From Gemmatales bacterium (GTDB lineage Bacteria; Planctomycetota; Planctomycetia; Gemmatales; HRBIN36): a DNA stretch of 64,000 nt. Of the stretch, positions 39,771-50,769 are shown piece after piece. The position numbers and the translations under genes were made by a program. The stretch spans positions 96,001 to 160,000 of the forward strand of contig JBEPZY010000005.1 in the NCBI GenBank assembly GCA_041640595.1, read 5' to 3'. How positions within the stretch are numbered: position 1 is the first letter of the stretch; each line of letters opens with the position of its first letter. The notes beneath the pieces are model-generated. The model was not told where the DNA came from, did not search any database, and worked only from the letters and a program-made list of their open reading frames with translations.

Positions 39771-40874
39771 TCAGGTCTTAATGGCGTCGAACAGGCCGAC
39801 GGCGATTGGCCCGAACAGGAAGATAGGAAACCAGGCAGCCTCAGCAGCACCTAAATAATCGTGTTCACCTAAGTGTCGGCAAACATAGTGGGTGGCGAAA
39901 AGCACGAAGCCGACGACCAGGCACAAACCTGCGTTCAGGAATAAATTGCGGTTGTAATCGCGCAGGAGCAAAGAAACACCGATTACCACCATAAGCATGG
40001 TAAGTATCGGCGTAGTCAGGCGCAGGTGAAATTGCACGGCGAGCATGGAAAGGCCAATGGTTTCCGGTCGCTGTAATTCTTGAAAAATAGTCCAGGTGGA
40101 AGCATACTGAAACCATCCTGGAGGCCGGGTAATTAGTTCAAAATCTACTCGCTCTGTTCGCAGAAAGAACTTGCCGGGATCAATCATCTCCAGGACAGGA
40201 GAACGCCAGTTTTCGGGCAGGGTACGAGGAGTGGTGTCGCTGAGCAGCCAGCCACCGCTATAAGGATCGTCGGAAGGGGGAATATAGCGAGCCTCCCGGG
40301 CGCGGATATGTTGCAGTGCACCGGAGACTTTTTCCGGAATGGTGACGGTCAGGTTATAAACTAACTGATAGCGTCGCAGAGCTTCCTGACCGGAAATCAG
40401 AATGCCATTGGGTTCGAAGGCACCATAAGCACGGCAGGGCAATTCTCCACGGGGATCGTTAGCGGGACGCATGAGCTTGTCGCCCAGTTGAGGCATTAAT
40501 AACTCGCGGTTCAAGATACTTAGTCCGATCACTGCGATAGCCCCTAGAAAAATTGGCCAGAGAATTCTCCGCACGGGAATCCCCGCGGACAGTAAGCAAA
40601 TCAGTTCGTTATTGCGTTGCATCCAGGCGATGGTGAACATGGCGGCCAATAAGACGATTACGCCGCTCAACCGGTCGAAAATCAAAATGAGCTGGTACGA
40701 ATAATACATGCCCACCACCACGATCATCTCTTGAAAATCGCCGTGGGCTGCTTCCAGGAACTCGTCGAATTTGTTGAACATGTCAATGACTAAATACAGG
40801 CTCAGCAAGGAAACAAAGCCGATAATCCAGGCACGGACAAAATTAGCCAGTAGGGTTCGATCGAGCACGGTCAT
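39771..40874 (-). CDS. LptF/LptG family permease
   Basis: MTVLDR, multi-TM, RNNELICLLSAGIP, AAWFP. Confidence 0.85.
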   Translation of the reverse strand: MTVLDRTLLANFVRAWIIGFVSLLSLYLVIDMFNKFDEFLEAAHGDFQEMIVVVGMYYSYQLILIFDRLSGVIVLLAAMFTIAWMQRNNELICLLSAGIPVRRILWPIFLGAIAVIGLSILNRELLMPQLGDKLMRPANDPRGELPCRAYGAFEPNGILISGQEALRRYQLVYNLTVTIPEKVSGALQHIRAREARYIPPSDDPYSGGWLLSDTTPRTLPENWRSPVLEMIDPGKFFLRTERVDFELITRPPGWFQYASTWTIFQELQRPETIGLSMLAVQFHLRLTTPILTMLMVVIGVSLLLRDYNRNLFLNAGLCLVVGFVLFATHYVCRHLGEHDYLGAAEAAWFPIFLFGPIAVGLFDAIKT

Positions 40875-41578
40875 GGGCAGTGTCCGTCGGGATGGGCCAG
40901 TCCGCTATGCCTTTCGGGAGTCCCATCAGGAACGGCGGGTGAGTTTTTCCATGTTCGTAAGCCGTCGTGGTGAATAGGCGAACGCGGGTGTAATAAGGGC
41001 AGCATATAGTCTCGGAAGCCGGGACTGATACCGGCACAGCGGTCTTCGCCGTAACCGTTAGCGCAGAGCTCGTGCCAGGCGCGATAGGGTTCCCATTTTT
41101 GGACAACAACACGATAGATGGCACACAGCAAACCGGTGCGGTGCAATCCCGCCTGGCAATGGACAAGGATGGGCCAGTTATCCGGGTCACCGACGATGTC
41201 GAGAAAAAGCCGTGCTGATTCCGGCCAGAGTCCGTTTTCGCGGTCGGTTTGAGTCAGGTCTTCGCAGTACAGGTAAATATAGCGCACGCCCAGCCGCTGG
41301 CACAAAGCAGCTTCACGTTCGCCGGCCAGATTCGGGTTGGGGGCTTCTTCGCGCAGGTTGATTACGGTACGGATGCCGAATTGTCGAATGGCTTGTTCCA
41401 GTCCCCGGGCCGATAACTGGCCGCTCCGATAAAGTTTACCCGCTTCCACGACCCGCAACCGTTTGGTCGCGGCGTAGCGGTAACGGTAATAGGCAAAGCT
41501 GCCCAGAAGCAGTCCGGCTCCCAGCAGCAAGATTACTAACTGCTGGGGGCGGGTGAGTGCCGAGCTTGTGCCGCTCAT
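40871..41578 (-). CDS. Membrane-anchored tyrosine/dual-specificity phosphatase
   Basis: LYRSGQL, IRTVINLR, HCQAGLHRTG (CX5R). Confidence 0.88.
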   Translation of the reverse strand: MSGTSSALTRPQQLVILLLGAGLLLGSFAYYRYRYAATKRLRVVEAGKLYRSGQLSARGLEQAIRQFGIRTVINLREEAPNPNLAGEREAALCQRLGVRYIYLYCEDLTQTDRENGLWPESARLFLDIVGDPDNWPILVHCQAGLHRTGLLCAIYRVVVQKWEPYRAWHELCANGYGEDRCAGISPGFRDYMLPLLHPRSPIHHDGLRTWKNSPAVPDGTPERHSGLAHPDGHCP

Positions 41579-41740
41579 AAGTATTCCATCGGATTATTTG
41601 CCGGCGACGAATCATGCCGAAAGCTGCAAAAAAAACAAGGCGGCTTGCGGCATCGCCGGACGCCTTACATAGCCGGGAGAAGTTCCTGTTTGCGAGAACG
41701 TGCTCTTGCAACAAAAAGAAAGCTGCCATCCGGAGTGTCA

Positions 41741-41769
41741 TTGATTCCATCGGGAAAGTCGGTTACGAT
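41741..41769 (+). promoter_or_regulatory. Sigma70-type promoter upstream of the rny leader
   Basis: TTGATT-17 bp-TACGAT. Confidence 0.45.
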
Positions 41770-42440
41770 ATTGGTGAAAGGTGCCTGCAGGCAAGGGGAT
41801 AGCGTCCCTGAGCGGGCGTGTCCACAAAACCTGCGGGCAGCACAGTGATACATTTTTGCATGCACCAGCAAGGTGCAAAGTCAGCCTAAAGCGCCGGCTA
41901 CGAGGACATCAGCCAGGTGCGAAAACTTCCGGCAATCGCAAGATTGTCGGTTGCCAACCCAGTGACGGAATCCGATGATGGACGCGGTAAGCCTGGCCTG
42001 GGCGGTGATGCTGGCGGTAGCAGGACTGGCCCTGGTAGCCTGCAAGGCCACGGTGGCCTGGAGACGGTGCATAGAGGCGGGTCTGAAGGGGCTGCCGAAA
42101 GGTCAGACTTCTGGCGGCACCGCGGGCTCCGCCGGACTGGTGAGCGATGGGCGCAGCCAGAGCCACGCAGGGAGGCGAGCAGGACTGACACCACGAAGAT
42201 GGTCAGGTTGGCTGTGGAGCGGAAGTCTTTGCCGGCCTGTTGTGGCCGGGCCTGAGTTCTACCGGGCCCCGCAAATCACCGAAGTGTTGGGTGGGCGGGA
42301 AGGTTTCGGCCTGTCGTCGCGGCTTGGCTATTGGTCAGTCACTTCGGGAAGGCTGCCAGCAGACCGGTCAGGTGAGCCGTCCGTGGTTCTGTCTTGGTAG
42401 TTGACGCCCAAAATCGGGCTGGTGTCTCTCGGCGGTCAGC

Positions 42441-44030
42441 GTGAACGGCTGGCTTTGCCGGGAGGGTACAGCCTTGGCAGGAGTACTCGGTATCGTCGTC
42501 GGTCTGGCGACCGGCCTGCTGATAGGTTACGTGGCTACTCGATTGATCGATCGCTGGCGGGGCGCGCGTGCCAGCCGTTCAGCACAGCAACTGCTGGAAG
42601 AATCGCGGCAGGAGGCGCAACGGATTGTCCGCGAGGCGGAATTACAAGCCCGGGAACAGTTGCAGCGTCGCCGCGAGGAACTGGAACGGGAAATGCAGGA
42701 GGCCCGCAGTGAGCTGCGCGAACGGGAGCGACGCTTGCAACAACAAGAGGAAGTCCTGGCCAAACGCCAGCAGTTGCTGCATCGCAAGGACCGTTCCCTG
42801 GAGTTGACCCAGAAACAACTGGCAGAACAGCGGGAAGCCCTGGCCCGTCGGGAAAAAGAACTCGAATCGCTTTTCGCCGAGCAACGCCAGAAGCTCGAGC
42901 AAATTTCCGGACTGAGTCGGGAAGAAGCGACGAACTTGCTGCTGACGCGGCTGGAACAGGAACTTTCCGCAGAAATTGGCCAGCGCATCCAGCGATTCGA
43001 GGAACGTTTCAAAGCCCAGGCTGAAGAACGAGCCCGCGAGATTCTGGTGACAGCCATTCAGCGATATGCCGCCGGGCACACTGCCGAAACCACTGTGAGC
43101 ACCATTGACCTGCCCAACGACGAAATGAAAGGCCGCATCATTGGCCGCGAAGGTCGCAACATCCGTACTTTCGAGCGAATCACCGGAGTGGATGTGATTG
43201 TGGACGATACTCCTGGGGTAGTGGTGGTGAGTTCCTTCGATGCTGTTCGCCGGGAAGTCGCGCGGCAGGCACTCAAGAAGCTGATCGCCGATGGGCGAAT
43301 CCACCCGGCACGGATTGAGGAAGTGGTAGCGGAAACCCGCGCCGAAGTGGAACGCCATATCATGGAAGCCGGACGAGCCGCCGTCCAGGAAGCCAACATC
43401 GGCCATGTTCACGAGAAAATCATTCAGCTACTGGGCCGGCTCAAATTCCGCACTTCCTACAGTCAAAACGTTCTGCAACATAGCCTGGAAGTGGCTCACC
43501 TGTGCGGGCTGATGGCCGAGGAACTCGGATTGGATGGACAACTCGCCCGCCGTTGCGGCCTGCTACACGATATCGGCAAAGCAGCCGATCACGACATGGA
43601 AGGTGGCCATCCCCAAATCGGAGCGGAGTTAGCTCGCCGCTACGGGGAGACACGCCAGGAAGTCTTGCACGCTATCCTTTGCCATCACGACGACATCAAG
43701 CACGGCCACATTTACACCGTGCTGGTAGCGGCAGCGGATGCCATCAGCGCCAGCCGACCCGGTGCTCGCCGGGAAACGCTGGAAAAATACATCAAGCGCA
43801 TGCAGGAACTCGAAAACCTGGCCATGAGCTTTCCGGGAGTCGAACAAGCTTATGCTATTCAGGCCGGTCGGGAACTTCGCGTCATTGCTCAGGCCAACAA
43901 AACGACGGACCAGGACGCTATCAAACTCAGTCGTGACATCGCTCGCGCTATCGAGCAGCAACTCGAATATCCCGGCGACATTAAGGTTACCGTAATCCGC
44001 GAAATCCGGGCCGTCGAATACGCTCGCTGA
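42441..44030 (+). CDS. rny: Ribonuclease Y
   Basis: N-terminal TM, coiled coil, KH ([14 protein letters not shown]), HD (GLLHDIGK), [14 protein letters not shown]. Confidence 0.96.
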   Translation: MNGWLCREGTALAGVLGIVVGLATGLLIGYVATRLIDRWRGARASRSAQQLLEESRQEAQRIVREAELQAREQLQRRREELEREMQEARSELRERERRLQQQEEVLAKRQQLLHRKDRSLELTQKQLAEQREALARREKELESLFAEQRQKLEQISGLSREEATNLLLTRLEQELSAEIGQRIQRFEERFKAQAEERAREILVTAIQRYAAGHTAETTVSTIDLPNDEMKGRIIGREGRNIRTFERITGVDVIVDDTPGVVVVSSFDAVRREVARQALKKLIADGRIHPARIEEVVAETRAEVERHIMEAGRAAVQEANIGHVHEKIIQLLGRLKFRTSYSQNVLQHSLEVAHLCGLMAEELGLDGQLARRCGLLHDIGKAADHDMEGGHPQIGAELARRYGETRQEVLHAILCHHDDIKHGHIYTVLVAAADAISASRPGARRETLEKYIKRMQELENLAMSFPGVEQAYAIQAGRELRVIAQANKTTDQDAIKLSRDIARAIEQQLEYPGDIKVTVIREIRAVEYAR

Positions 44031-44342
44031 TGGCCGAACTTACACCCTGACCAGCCAACAAACCCAGACATAGTCTGCCACGGGAACGTTTCCGACTTCC
44101 CTGGGTTTTACGCCCTTGGTAAAACCAATTTCAGACGGTGGGTTCCCAGCAACGTACCAGTGGACGAAATGCCGATGTCAATTTACGACTATGCCGATTA
44201 TGTTTATAATCATGCAAAGCGAGCTACTGCCATCGGCGACTTTTGTCAAGGCGACTACGGGAAGGATCGGGCCCCGCGGCCAGCCTGGCCGTCGCAAGAA
44301 ATGCGATTCGCCGCGTATTAGCCTGCGTCTAAGCCAGCCGCG

Positions 44343-44786
44343 ATGACAAATCCGATGCGACTTTCCACCCGAGCCGAGTACGCTTGCCTGGCGGCCCTGG
44401 AGCTGGCCTGTCGGTACGATTCCGGCCAGCCTGTAACGCTGAAGACAATCTCCGATATTCACGGTATTTCGAGTAAATACCTCGTTCAAATAATGATTCA
44501 GTTGCGGGCAGCAGGTCTTGTGCAAAGTGCCCGCGGTTCCAGCGGAGGTTTTCAGCTGGCCAGACCGCCGCAAGAGATTACGCTGCTGGAACTTCTGACC
44601 GCGATTGACGGTCCCTGGCCGGAACGCTATAAGCCAGCGGCCCGGTCGCAATCGCCTGTGGCCCAGGCACTTGCGTCAGCTTGGACCGAACTCCTGGCGT
44701 TGGAGCGGGATTTCCTGCAAAACGTTACCCTGGCCGATCTCGCCCAGCGTGCCCGCCGACCAGTAGCGGACATGTACTACATTTAG
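44343..44786 (+). CDS. Rrf2 family transcriptional regulator (CymR-like, no 3-Cys motif)
   Basis: MRLSTRAEYAC, YLVQIM..L..AGLVQSARGSSGGFQLAR, MYYI end; upstream of sat. Confidence 0.88.
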   Translation: MTNPMRLSTRAEYACLAALELACRYDSGQPVTLKTISDIHGISSKYLVQIMIQLRAAGLVQSARGSSGGFQLARPPQEITLLELLTAIDGPWPERYKPAARSQSPVAQALASAWTELLALERDFLQNVTLADLAQRARRPVADMYYI

Positions 44787-44889
44787 CCTGCGCTACTGGA
44801 AAAATACACAGCTCGAACAAGACTGAGAAAATCAAACATCCGGCTAATGTGCCGGACGGGGAAAACTGAGCGAATCGTGAGGAAGGAGA

Positions 44890-46092
44890 ATGACTGAAGT
44901 GAAAAAAACAAAGGTTCCGCAGAACAGCTCTATCGAGCCACACGGTGGCCAGCTGGTCAATCGGCTTGCCTCGCCGGACGAACGCGAAGAATGGCTCCAG
45001 CGCTTGCCCCACTTACGGCGACTCACGGTGCGTTTGCGGGAGCGATGCGACCTGGAGATGCTGGCCATCGGCGCCTACAGTCCGCTGACCGGCTTTATGA
45101 CCCGAGCCGATTACGAAGGTGTCGTCCAGGATATGCGGCTGGCGAGCGGTGTCTTATGGAGCATCCCGATCACGTTGGGAGTCTCCCGTGAACAAGCCGA
45201 CTCGCTGCGGGAAGGCGAACCCATCGCACTGTTGGATGAACTCGGCGACGTCCTGGCCATCCTGCACCTGCAGGAGAAGTTTATTCCGGACAAAAAACGC
45301 GAGGCTCGGGAAGTGTATCGCACGGAAGACCCGGCTCATCCGGGCGTGGAGTACATTTACAAACAGGGCGAGGTTCTGCTGGGCGGTCCGATCACAGCTC
45401 TGCAACGACCGCGCCACGATTTGTATCCGGAGTGGCACTACACCCCGGCACAATTGCGGCAAGTGTTTCAGGAGCGGGGTTGGCGACGGATTGTCGCTTT
45501 CCAGACCCGCAACCCCATTCATCGCGCTCACGAATACCTCACCAAATGCGCACTGGAGGTGGTGGACGGGTTGCTGATTCATCCGCTGGTCGGCGAAACC
45601 AAGGGAGACGATGTTCCCGCGCCGATCCGGATTCGCAGTTACTTAGCCATTCTGGAGCGGTATTATCCGAAAGAACGGGTGCTATTGAGCCTGTGGGGAG
45701 CGAGCATGCGGTATGCCGGGCCCCGCGAAGCCGTGCACCATGCCATCGTTCGCAAGAATTACGGTTGCACGCACTTTATCGTCGGCCGGGACCATGCTGG
45801 CGTGGGGAAATATTACGGCACCTATGATGCGCAGCGGATTTTCGACGAAATTGACCCGCAGGATTTAGGGATAACGCCGCTCTTTTTTGAGCATACTTTT
45901 TACTGCCGGGTTTGCGGTATGGCGTCGTACAAGACCTGCCCATGTCCACCGGAGAATCGGTTGATGTTGAGCGGTACGCAGGTGCGGGCCATGCTCAGTC
46001 GCGGTGAAAGTCCGCCGCCAGAGTTTACCCGCCCCGAAGTGGCCCAGGTGCTCATCGAAGGCTATCGAGAGCTGTCCAAGGGAGCCGCTTGA
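44890..46092 (+). CDS. sat: Sulfate adenylyltransferase (ATP sulfurylase)
   Basis: [53 protein letters not shown]. Confidence 0.96.
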   Translation: MTEVKKTKVPQNSSIEPHGGQLVNRLASPDEREEWLQRLPHLRRLTVRLRERCDLEMLAIGAYSPLTGFMTRADYEGVVQDMRLASGVLWSIPITLGVSREQADSLREGEPIALLDELGDVLAILHLQEKFIPDKKREAREVYRTEDPAHPGVEYIYKQGEVLLGGPITALQRPRHDLYPEWHYTPAQLRQVFQERGWRRIVAFQTRNPIHRAHEYLTKCALEVVDGLLIHPLVGETKGDDVPAPIRIRSYLAILERYYPKERVLLSLWGASMRYAGPREAVHHAIVRKNYGCTHFIVGRDHAGVGKYYGTYDAQRIFDEIDPQDLGITPLFFEHTFYCRVCGMASYKTCPCPPENRLMLSGTQVRAMLSRGESPPPEFTRPEVAQVLIEGYRELSKGAA

Positions 46093-46166
46093 AATGGCCC
46101 GGTTGCCGGCATATTGCCTGTCGCTCCTGCGTATTGCCTGCCGATACCAGGCGGACCTGTTCGCAG

Positions 46167-46640
46167 CTAGGCCGACCTCGAGCGGCACATCTTCAGAAGC
46201 AGGTACATTTCCCCGCTGTGGCAAGCCTCATCGTGCAAACCGTGCAGGATTTGCCCTGCCAGACTGTGTCGGGCCTGGCTGGCGTGAAGCTGCAAGCGCT
46301 CTTCCGGCGTAGTTTCGACTAATTGGCAGAAACGTCGCAGCTGCTCGGCCAGCATCCGGTCCAGAAGCTCGCGATCGGGCCAATCGCGGGTCAGGTGGGG
46401 TGGTCGGCAACGCATACCGAATTTTTCTGCCCAGCCGGGTGGCAATTCGCTTCGGCCGGTCAGCAGTTCCACGCCCAGCACATCCATCAGCCAGACGGCA
46501 TGCCCTGCATGCCACAAAATGTGGTTGCTCGTTCCTGGCGGTGCCCAGGTCAGCCATTCGGGTCGCGCTGCCGCCAGAATTTCCCGGGTCCGCGTGCGTA
46601 CCTGCCGCGCCAGCTCTTGCAAAAGGTGTCGTGCGGACAT
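46167..46640 (-). CDS. DinB family protein
   Basis: NHILWHAGH and HDEACHSGE His triad; GGAGGG RBS. Confidence 0.8.
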   Translation of the reverse strand: MSARHLLQELARQVRTRTREILAAARPEWLTWAPPGTSNHILWHAGHAVWLMDVLGVELLTGRSELPPGWAEKFGMRCRPPHLTRDWPDRELLDRMLAEQLRRFCQLVETTPEERLQLHASQARHSLAGQILHGLHDEACHSGEMYLLLKMCRSRSA

Positions 46641-46792
46641 AGTCGCCCTCCGATTCGCCCGGACGGTTGCCGTGCTCATTGCGCTGCCCGTCCATCGAGC
46701 CGGATGGAAAAACTTTCCTGGAGCCGGTTCGCAGATGATGCTACAATGTCCGGCAACGAATGGCACGACGCATGGACCACGGAGGTACGCGC

Positions 46793-47389
46793 ATGCAGCG
46801 ATGGAACGTAATCATGCTAGTCTTCGGTCTGGCTCTTCTGGCCGGGTGTGGCGGCAAATCGGAAACTTCCAAACCATCTGGTCAGCCTTCCGCGACTGGC
46901 GAGCCGACTGCCCAAAAGACGTTCGTCTTGCGGAGCGAAGCTTTTCGCAACGGTGAGACCATACCCGCCGACTTCCGCCATACAGAGGTCGGTGGCAAAA
47001 ATCAGTCTCCGCCTCTGGAATGGACTGACCCACCGTCAGGCACGCGGGCCTTCGCTCTTGTTTGCATAGACCCCGACGCTCCGGATGGCGAATTCGTGCA
47101 CTGGGTGTTGTACAACTTGCCGGGAGAGCTTCGTAAACTCGAACGCAACCTGGGTCGCACTCCAGCCTTGCCTAACGGTGCTCGTCAGGGGAAGAACGAT
47201 TTTGACGAAATCGGCTACGATGGTCCCGCACCGCCGCCCGGCAAACCGCACCGATACATTTTCCGCCTCTATGCTCTGGATCGCCCACTCGACCTGCCAC
47301 CGCAGGCGACACGCCAGCAACTCGAAAAAGCCATGCAGGGACATATCCTTGCCCAGACCGAACTGGTCGGCATTTACGAGCATAAATAG
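46793..47389 (+). CDS. YbhB/YbcL (PEBP, Raf-kinase-inhibitor-like) lipoprotein
   Basis: Lipobox LLAGC; SPPLEW, DPDAP, FVHWVLYN, GYDGPAPP, HRYIFRLYALD. Confidence 0.9.
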   Translation: MQRWNVIMLVFGLALLAGCGGKSETSKPSGQPSATGEPTAQKTFVLRSEAFRNGETIPADFRHTEVGGKNQSPPLEWTDPPSGTRAFALVCIDPDAPDGEFVHWVLYNLPGELRKLERNLGRTPALPNGARQGKNDFDEIGYDGPAPPPGKPHRYIFRLYALDRPLDLPPQATRQQLEKAMQGHILAQTELVGIYEHK

Positions 47390-47836
47390 CGTCCGTCGGC
47401 ATCAGCTGGTCGCCGTGCTCGCCGATCGGCCTGGCTAAGACCCCAAGCCTGCGAGCGTAAATAGCATCCGTCGTCATCGGTGGGCCGGTGCAAATACTGG
47501 ACAATGGCAGCCGTCGAGTCATTCACGTTTACCAGGCGGATCGTATTGCGACTCCGAATTCGGCTGGGTATCAGTTTGGCGGCATCGCCTCTCTGCGTGG
47601 ACTTTGCTCGATTCACATCTGAGAGGTATCCTCGCGCTGACGTCCGCGGTATCGCCTCTCTCGCTTTGCTCGATGCGGTGAGTGTTACGCCGGTTGTCGG
47701 CCTTCCGCGAGAATTGCTTGGTCTCCTTCGGTGGATTTCGCTCGATGCGGTGAGTATGGTGTCGAGCGTCATCGAGATACGCTCGCCCTGGACAAATGAC
47801 CTGGCGACAATCGGTGAGCGAGCAACGCCACTAACA

Positions 47837-48000
47837 GTGAAACTGAAACAGGCGGTTACGTAAACAGGCGCCGATCTCTGTCCAGGGTAGAAACTGGGAT
47901 TGGGTGAAACTTGAACAGGCGGTCAGGCCAACGATGATGGTCAGCCCGACCCGCACCAGCGACATGACAGGTGAAACTTGAACGGACGGCCAAGCCAACG
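47837..48000. repeat. Three imperfect ~31 bp direct repeats at 67 bp spacing
   Basis: GTGAAACT(T/G)(G/A)AAC.G.CGG at 47837, 47904, 47971. Confidence 0.7.
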
Positions 48001-48333
48001 TTCCCGACTATCTCCGTATAATAACGCCGACTCAATCGAGCCAGGAAGCTTTCCTGCTCCAGCCAACACGCTGACATCTAGACTCGCGGTACGTGGCCTG
48101 AAAGAATTGGGAACCACAATTCCTCTTCGGCGTGTTGTGCTTAATGGCAGGGGCCTTGCGGTACGATACCGGAACGACTTGAGGAACCGCAAATTCGGCT
48201 ATCTTACAATCTGGTGGTGCGATCAACCACCAGCTATACTGAATTGACTGACTGGATGGAGACACCAGCCGATCGTCATAAACACTAAAATCACAATTGT
48301 GGCAAGCTTCAGCACTGAATGGACTAACTTTGT

Positions 48334-48406
48334 GGGGCCGTAGCTCAACTGGGAGAGCGCCGGCTTTGCAAGCCGGAGGTTGCCGGTTCGAGCCCGGTCG
48401 GCTCCA
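48334..48406 (+). tRNA. tRNA-Ala (TGC)
   Basis: GGGGCCG/CGGCTCC acceptor stem with G3:U70, TAGCTCA D arm, ccggc-ttTGCaa-gccgg anticodon arm, GGTTCGAG T loop; followed by CTA rather than CCA. Confidence 0.97.
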
Positions 48407-48906
48407 CTAAGCATCGGCATGACGCGCGGCAATGGGGGCTTGATTCGCAGCGAGTGGAAGGCGGTCGGCTCCACTAAGCACTTCTGCCACGCAGACCCTG
48501 GCAACTGGTTCCGCTCAATCCGCTAAATGCTCGCCCCGCTCGGCTGTAGCAAACGCCGTTATCAGGTCGGCATCCGCAATGCACTGCTCGCTTTCGATTT
48601 TGTGTACCACGAAGGCACTACGACGCACTGACTTAGAGCTTAGTGTTTTCCAGGTGTCCTGGTGTCTTCGTGGTCAGCATTTCGGGGATTCAAGCATCGC
48701 AGGCTGTGCCGCTACGCCCTGTCTCTCGCTACTCGTTCCTGTTCCTTCGTTGCTTTCCTGTGCTGGTTATTAGATTGCAAGCGCTGAACCGGAGCGCGTC
48801 TCTCTTGCCAACGCCAAGATGCCGCTGATACGTTCCTGACGACGCGGACAAGGAAACATTGCCTTCTGGCCTTGAATTCGTGAGAGAACCCCAAGGGGAA
48901 ACGGGT

Positions 48907-50769
48907 TTATGCATGCAATTCCTGCTCCAGTGTCTCCAGGGCTTTCACCAGCGGGTCATCGTATTCGATCCGCAGCATGGCGTTGTCCTGCCATTCCTTG
49001 ATTAGTTTCTGGATGTCCGCTTGCACTTTCTCGACAAGGCGGTTTGTCGTGCGGCTGGATGTGATTATGCTGGCGGCAAACATGGCGAGAATGAAAACGG
49101 GAATGGCACTGAGCACCAAACAGTATAGAAACTGGCCCAACCCTGCCGGGAGGAAGTCGTGCAGTTCGGTGGGTTGGCCTGTCAGGGCGGAGTAATCGGC
49201 ACTGAGGTACCGTCGATAGACGGTCAGAATCGGCCCAGCCATGAAGAACGCGAACACTGCCGTAGCCATGCTGGCCCAGACGAAGGGGCCCCATCGGCGC
49301 GTTTCTGCATGCGCCGCCACTACTTTTTGCACCGTTTCGTAGCAACGGTTCTGGAAATCTTCGATACCCACCACGCGCACGCCCAGTTTCTCCGCCGGAC
49401 GATACTCTTCCTGCCGGTACTGGTTCACGATGCGATGAATCGCATGGACTACCGGCTGCAACTGGCTTTCTACCTCGGCCCGGAACCGATCGGCAAAGCT
49501 GATACGCCAGCGCCGCTCACTCTTCCACGTTTCACCGAGGTTACGCAGCATTTGCCAGAACGTCAGCACGGCCGAGGGCTTACTCCCCATAAAGGACAGA
49601 ACAAGCCGATCCCAGGCGTTTTCCGTAAGCATCAACAGGCGAAGAATGGTGCGATAGGGAAAGGCCCACACCGGGGTGCGCTCTAACCACCAGCCTCGCA
49701 AGTGTCGCCGCACCAGCACACGTTGTTCTTCGTCATTGCCCAGCAAGCGGCTCGCTAACCTGTCAGCCAGGTCCGACGTGGTGCTGTTTAGTAGTTCCCA
49801 TTTTTCCTTTACTTGTTGTCGCAGCTCGCTGGTCAGTTCGCCGATTCTTTGGGCCAGCGCCTTGCGGCGAACGCGGATCTCGCTCTCGACGTTACCGTAC
49901 ACCCGCGAACGATCGGCCAGGATCGGCTGGAGCGTTTTCTGCAACCGTTGCCGAACCAGCTCTATCGCTCCATCACCGTATAAGTCGGCGTCGGGGATAA
50001 AGATGGGGTCCATAACCTGACCGTCGGAATTATTATCGCGCCATCTCGCCAGATACTTTTCCACATCCGCGCGCTGTTCGGCGGATGGATTCGCCTGACC
50101 GCGATTGCGAAACCGGATTACAGGAATGCCCCCGCCTGACTGGCGAAACAGTTCTTCCGTCTCTCCATCGCGTAGTTGCTCAAACCGAAGCACTATCAGC
50201 TTGATAGCCCCCGACGTCCGTGCTAAGTCATTGATAATGTTTATAGCCTCTCCTAAAGTCGAAAATCCCGGAGCGTCCCCGACTATATAAGGTGAACCTA
50301 GATCCAGCATTGCAGACTCTGGTACCTGGATAAATCTCTCTGCCCCTTGTTGCATGTTGCCGGGCGGACAAGGCCCGATCCACAGCAATTGCTGGGAACG
50401 ATCGCGTGCATCCGGTCCTGAGGGAATCTGCTTTCGATACGCCTCGTCATTGAGAAAACATCGGGCCAGCCAGCCTTTTCCTTCACCGGTGCGGCCGAGC
50501 AGAACGATGGGCACTGTGCTGGCTGTTCCGCGTTCAATCAGACGCTGACACGAAGAGAGAAACTCCTGCACCAGCTTAGATATTTCTTCCTGCCGAGGAG
50601 TATTACCATAGATGATCTTGATGGTCTCCTGCAGTCGCTGACAGCGTGCTTGCGTTTCCGTTAGCAAAGCATTAGCGGCGTCGTTTTGCTTAGCTCGGCT
50701 GATTGGCGTGCTTATATCTTGATGTTTAGTACCCGTGTCCAGGGCATAGTTCTGCTTAGCTGCGCTCAT
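48907..50769 (-). CDS. Dynamin-like/TRAFAC GTPase with C-terminal TM segments (partner 2)
   Basis: GRTGEGKG P-loop, DAPG G3, helical stalk, two C-terminal hydrophobic helices; overlaps the upstream gene by 14 bp. Confidence 0.65.
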   Translation of the reverse strand: MSAAKQNYALDTGTKHQDISTPISRAKQNDAANALLTETQARCQRLQETIKIIYGNTPRQEEISKLVQEFLSSCQRLIERGTASTVPIVLLGRTGEGKGWLARCFLNDEAYRKQIPSGPDARDRSQQLLWIGPCPPGNMQQGAERFIQVPESAMLDLGSPYIVGDAPGFSTLGEAINIINDLARTSGAIKLIVLRFEQLRDGETEELFRQSGGGIPVIRFRNRGQANPSAEQRADVEKYLARWRDNNSDGQVMDPIFIPDADLYGDGAIELVRQRLQKTLQPILADRSRVYGNVESEIRVRRKALAQRIGELTSELRQQVKEKWELLNSTTSDLADRLASRLLGNDEEQRVLVRRHLRGWWLERTPVWAFPYRTILRLLMLTENAWDRLVLSFMGSKPSAVLTFWQMLRNLGETWKSERRWRISFADRFRAEVESQLQPVVHAIHRIVNQYRQEEYRPAEKLGVRVVGIEDFQNRCYETVQKVVAAHAETRRWGPFVWASMATAVFAFFMAGPILTVYRRYLSADYSALTGQPTELHDFLPAGLGQFLYCLVLSAIPVFILAMFAASIITSSRTTNRLVEKVQADIQKLIKEWQDNAMLRIEYDDPLVKALETLEQELHA

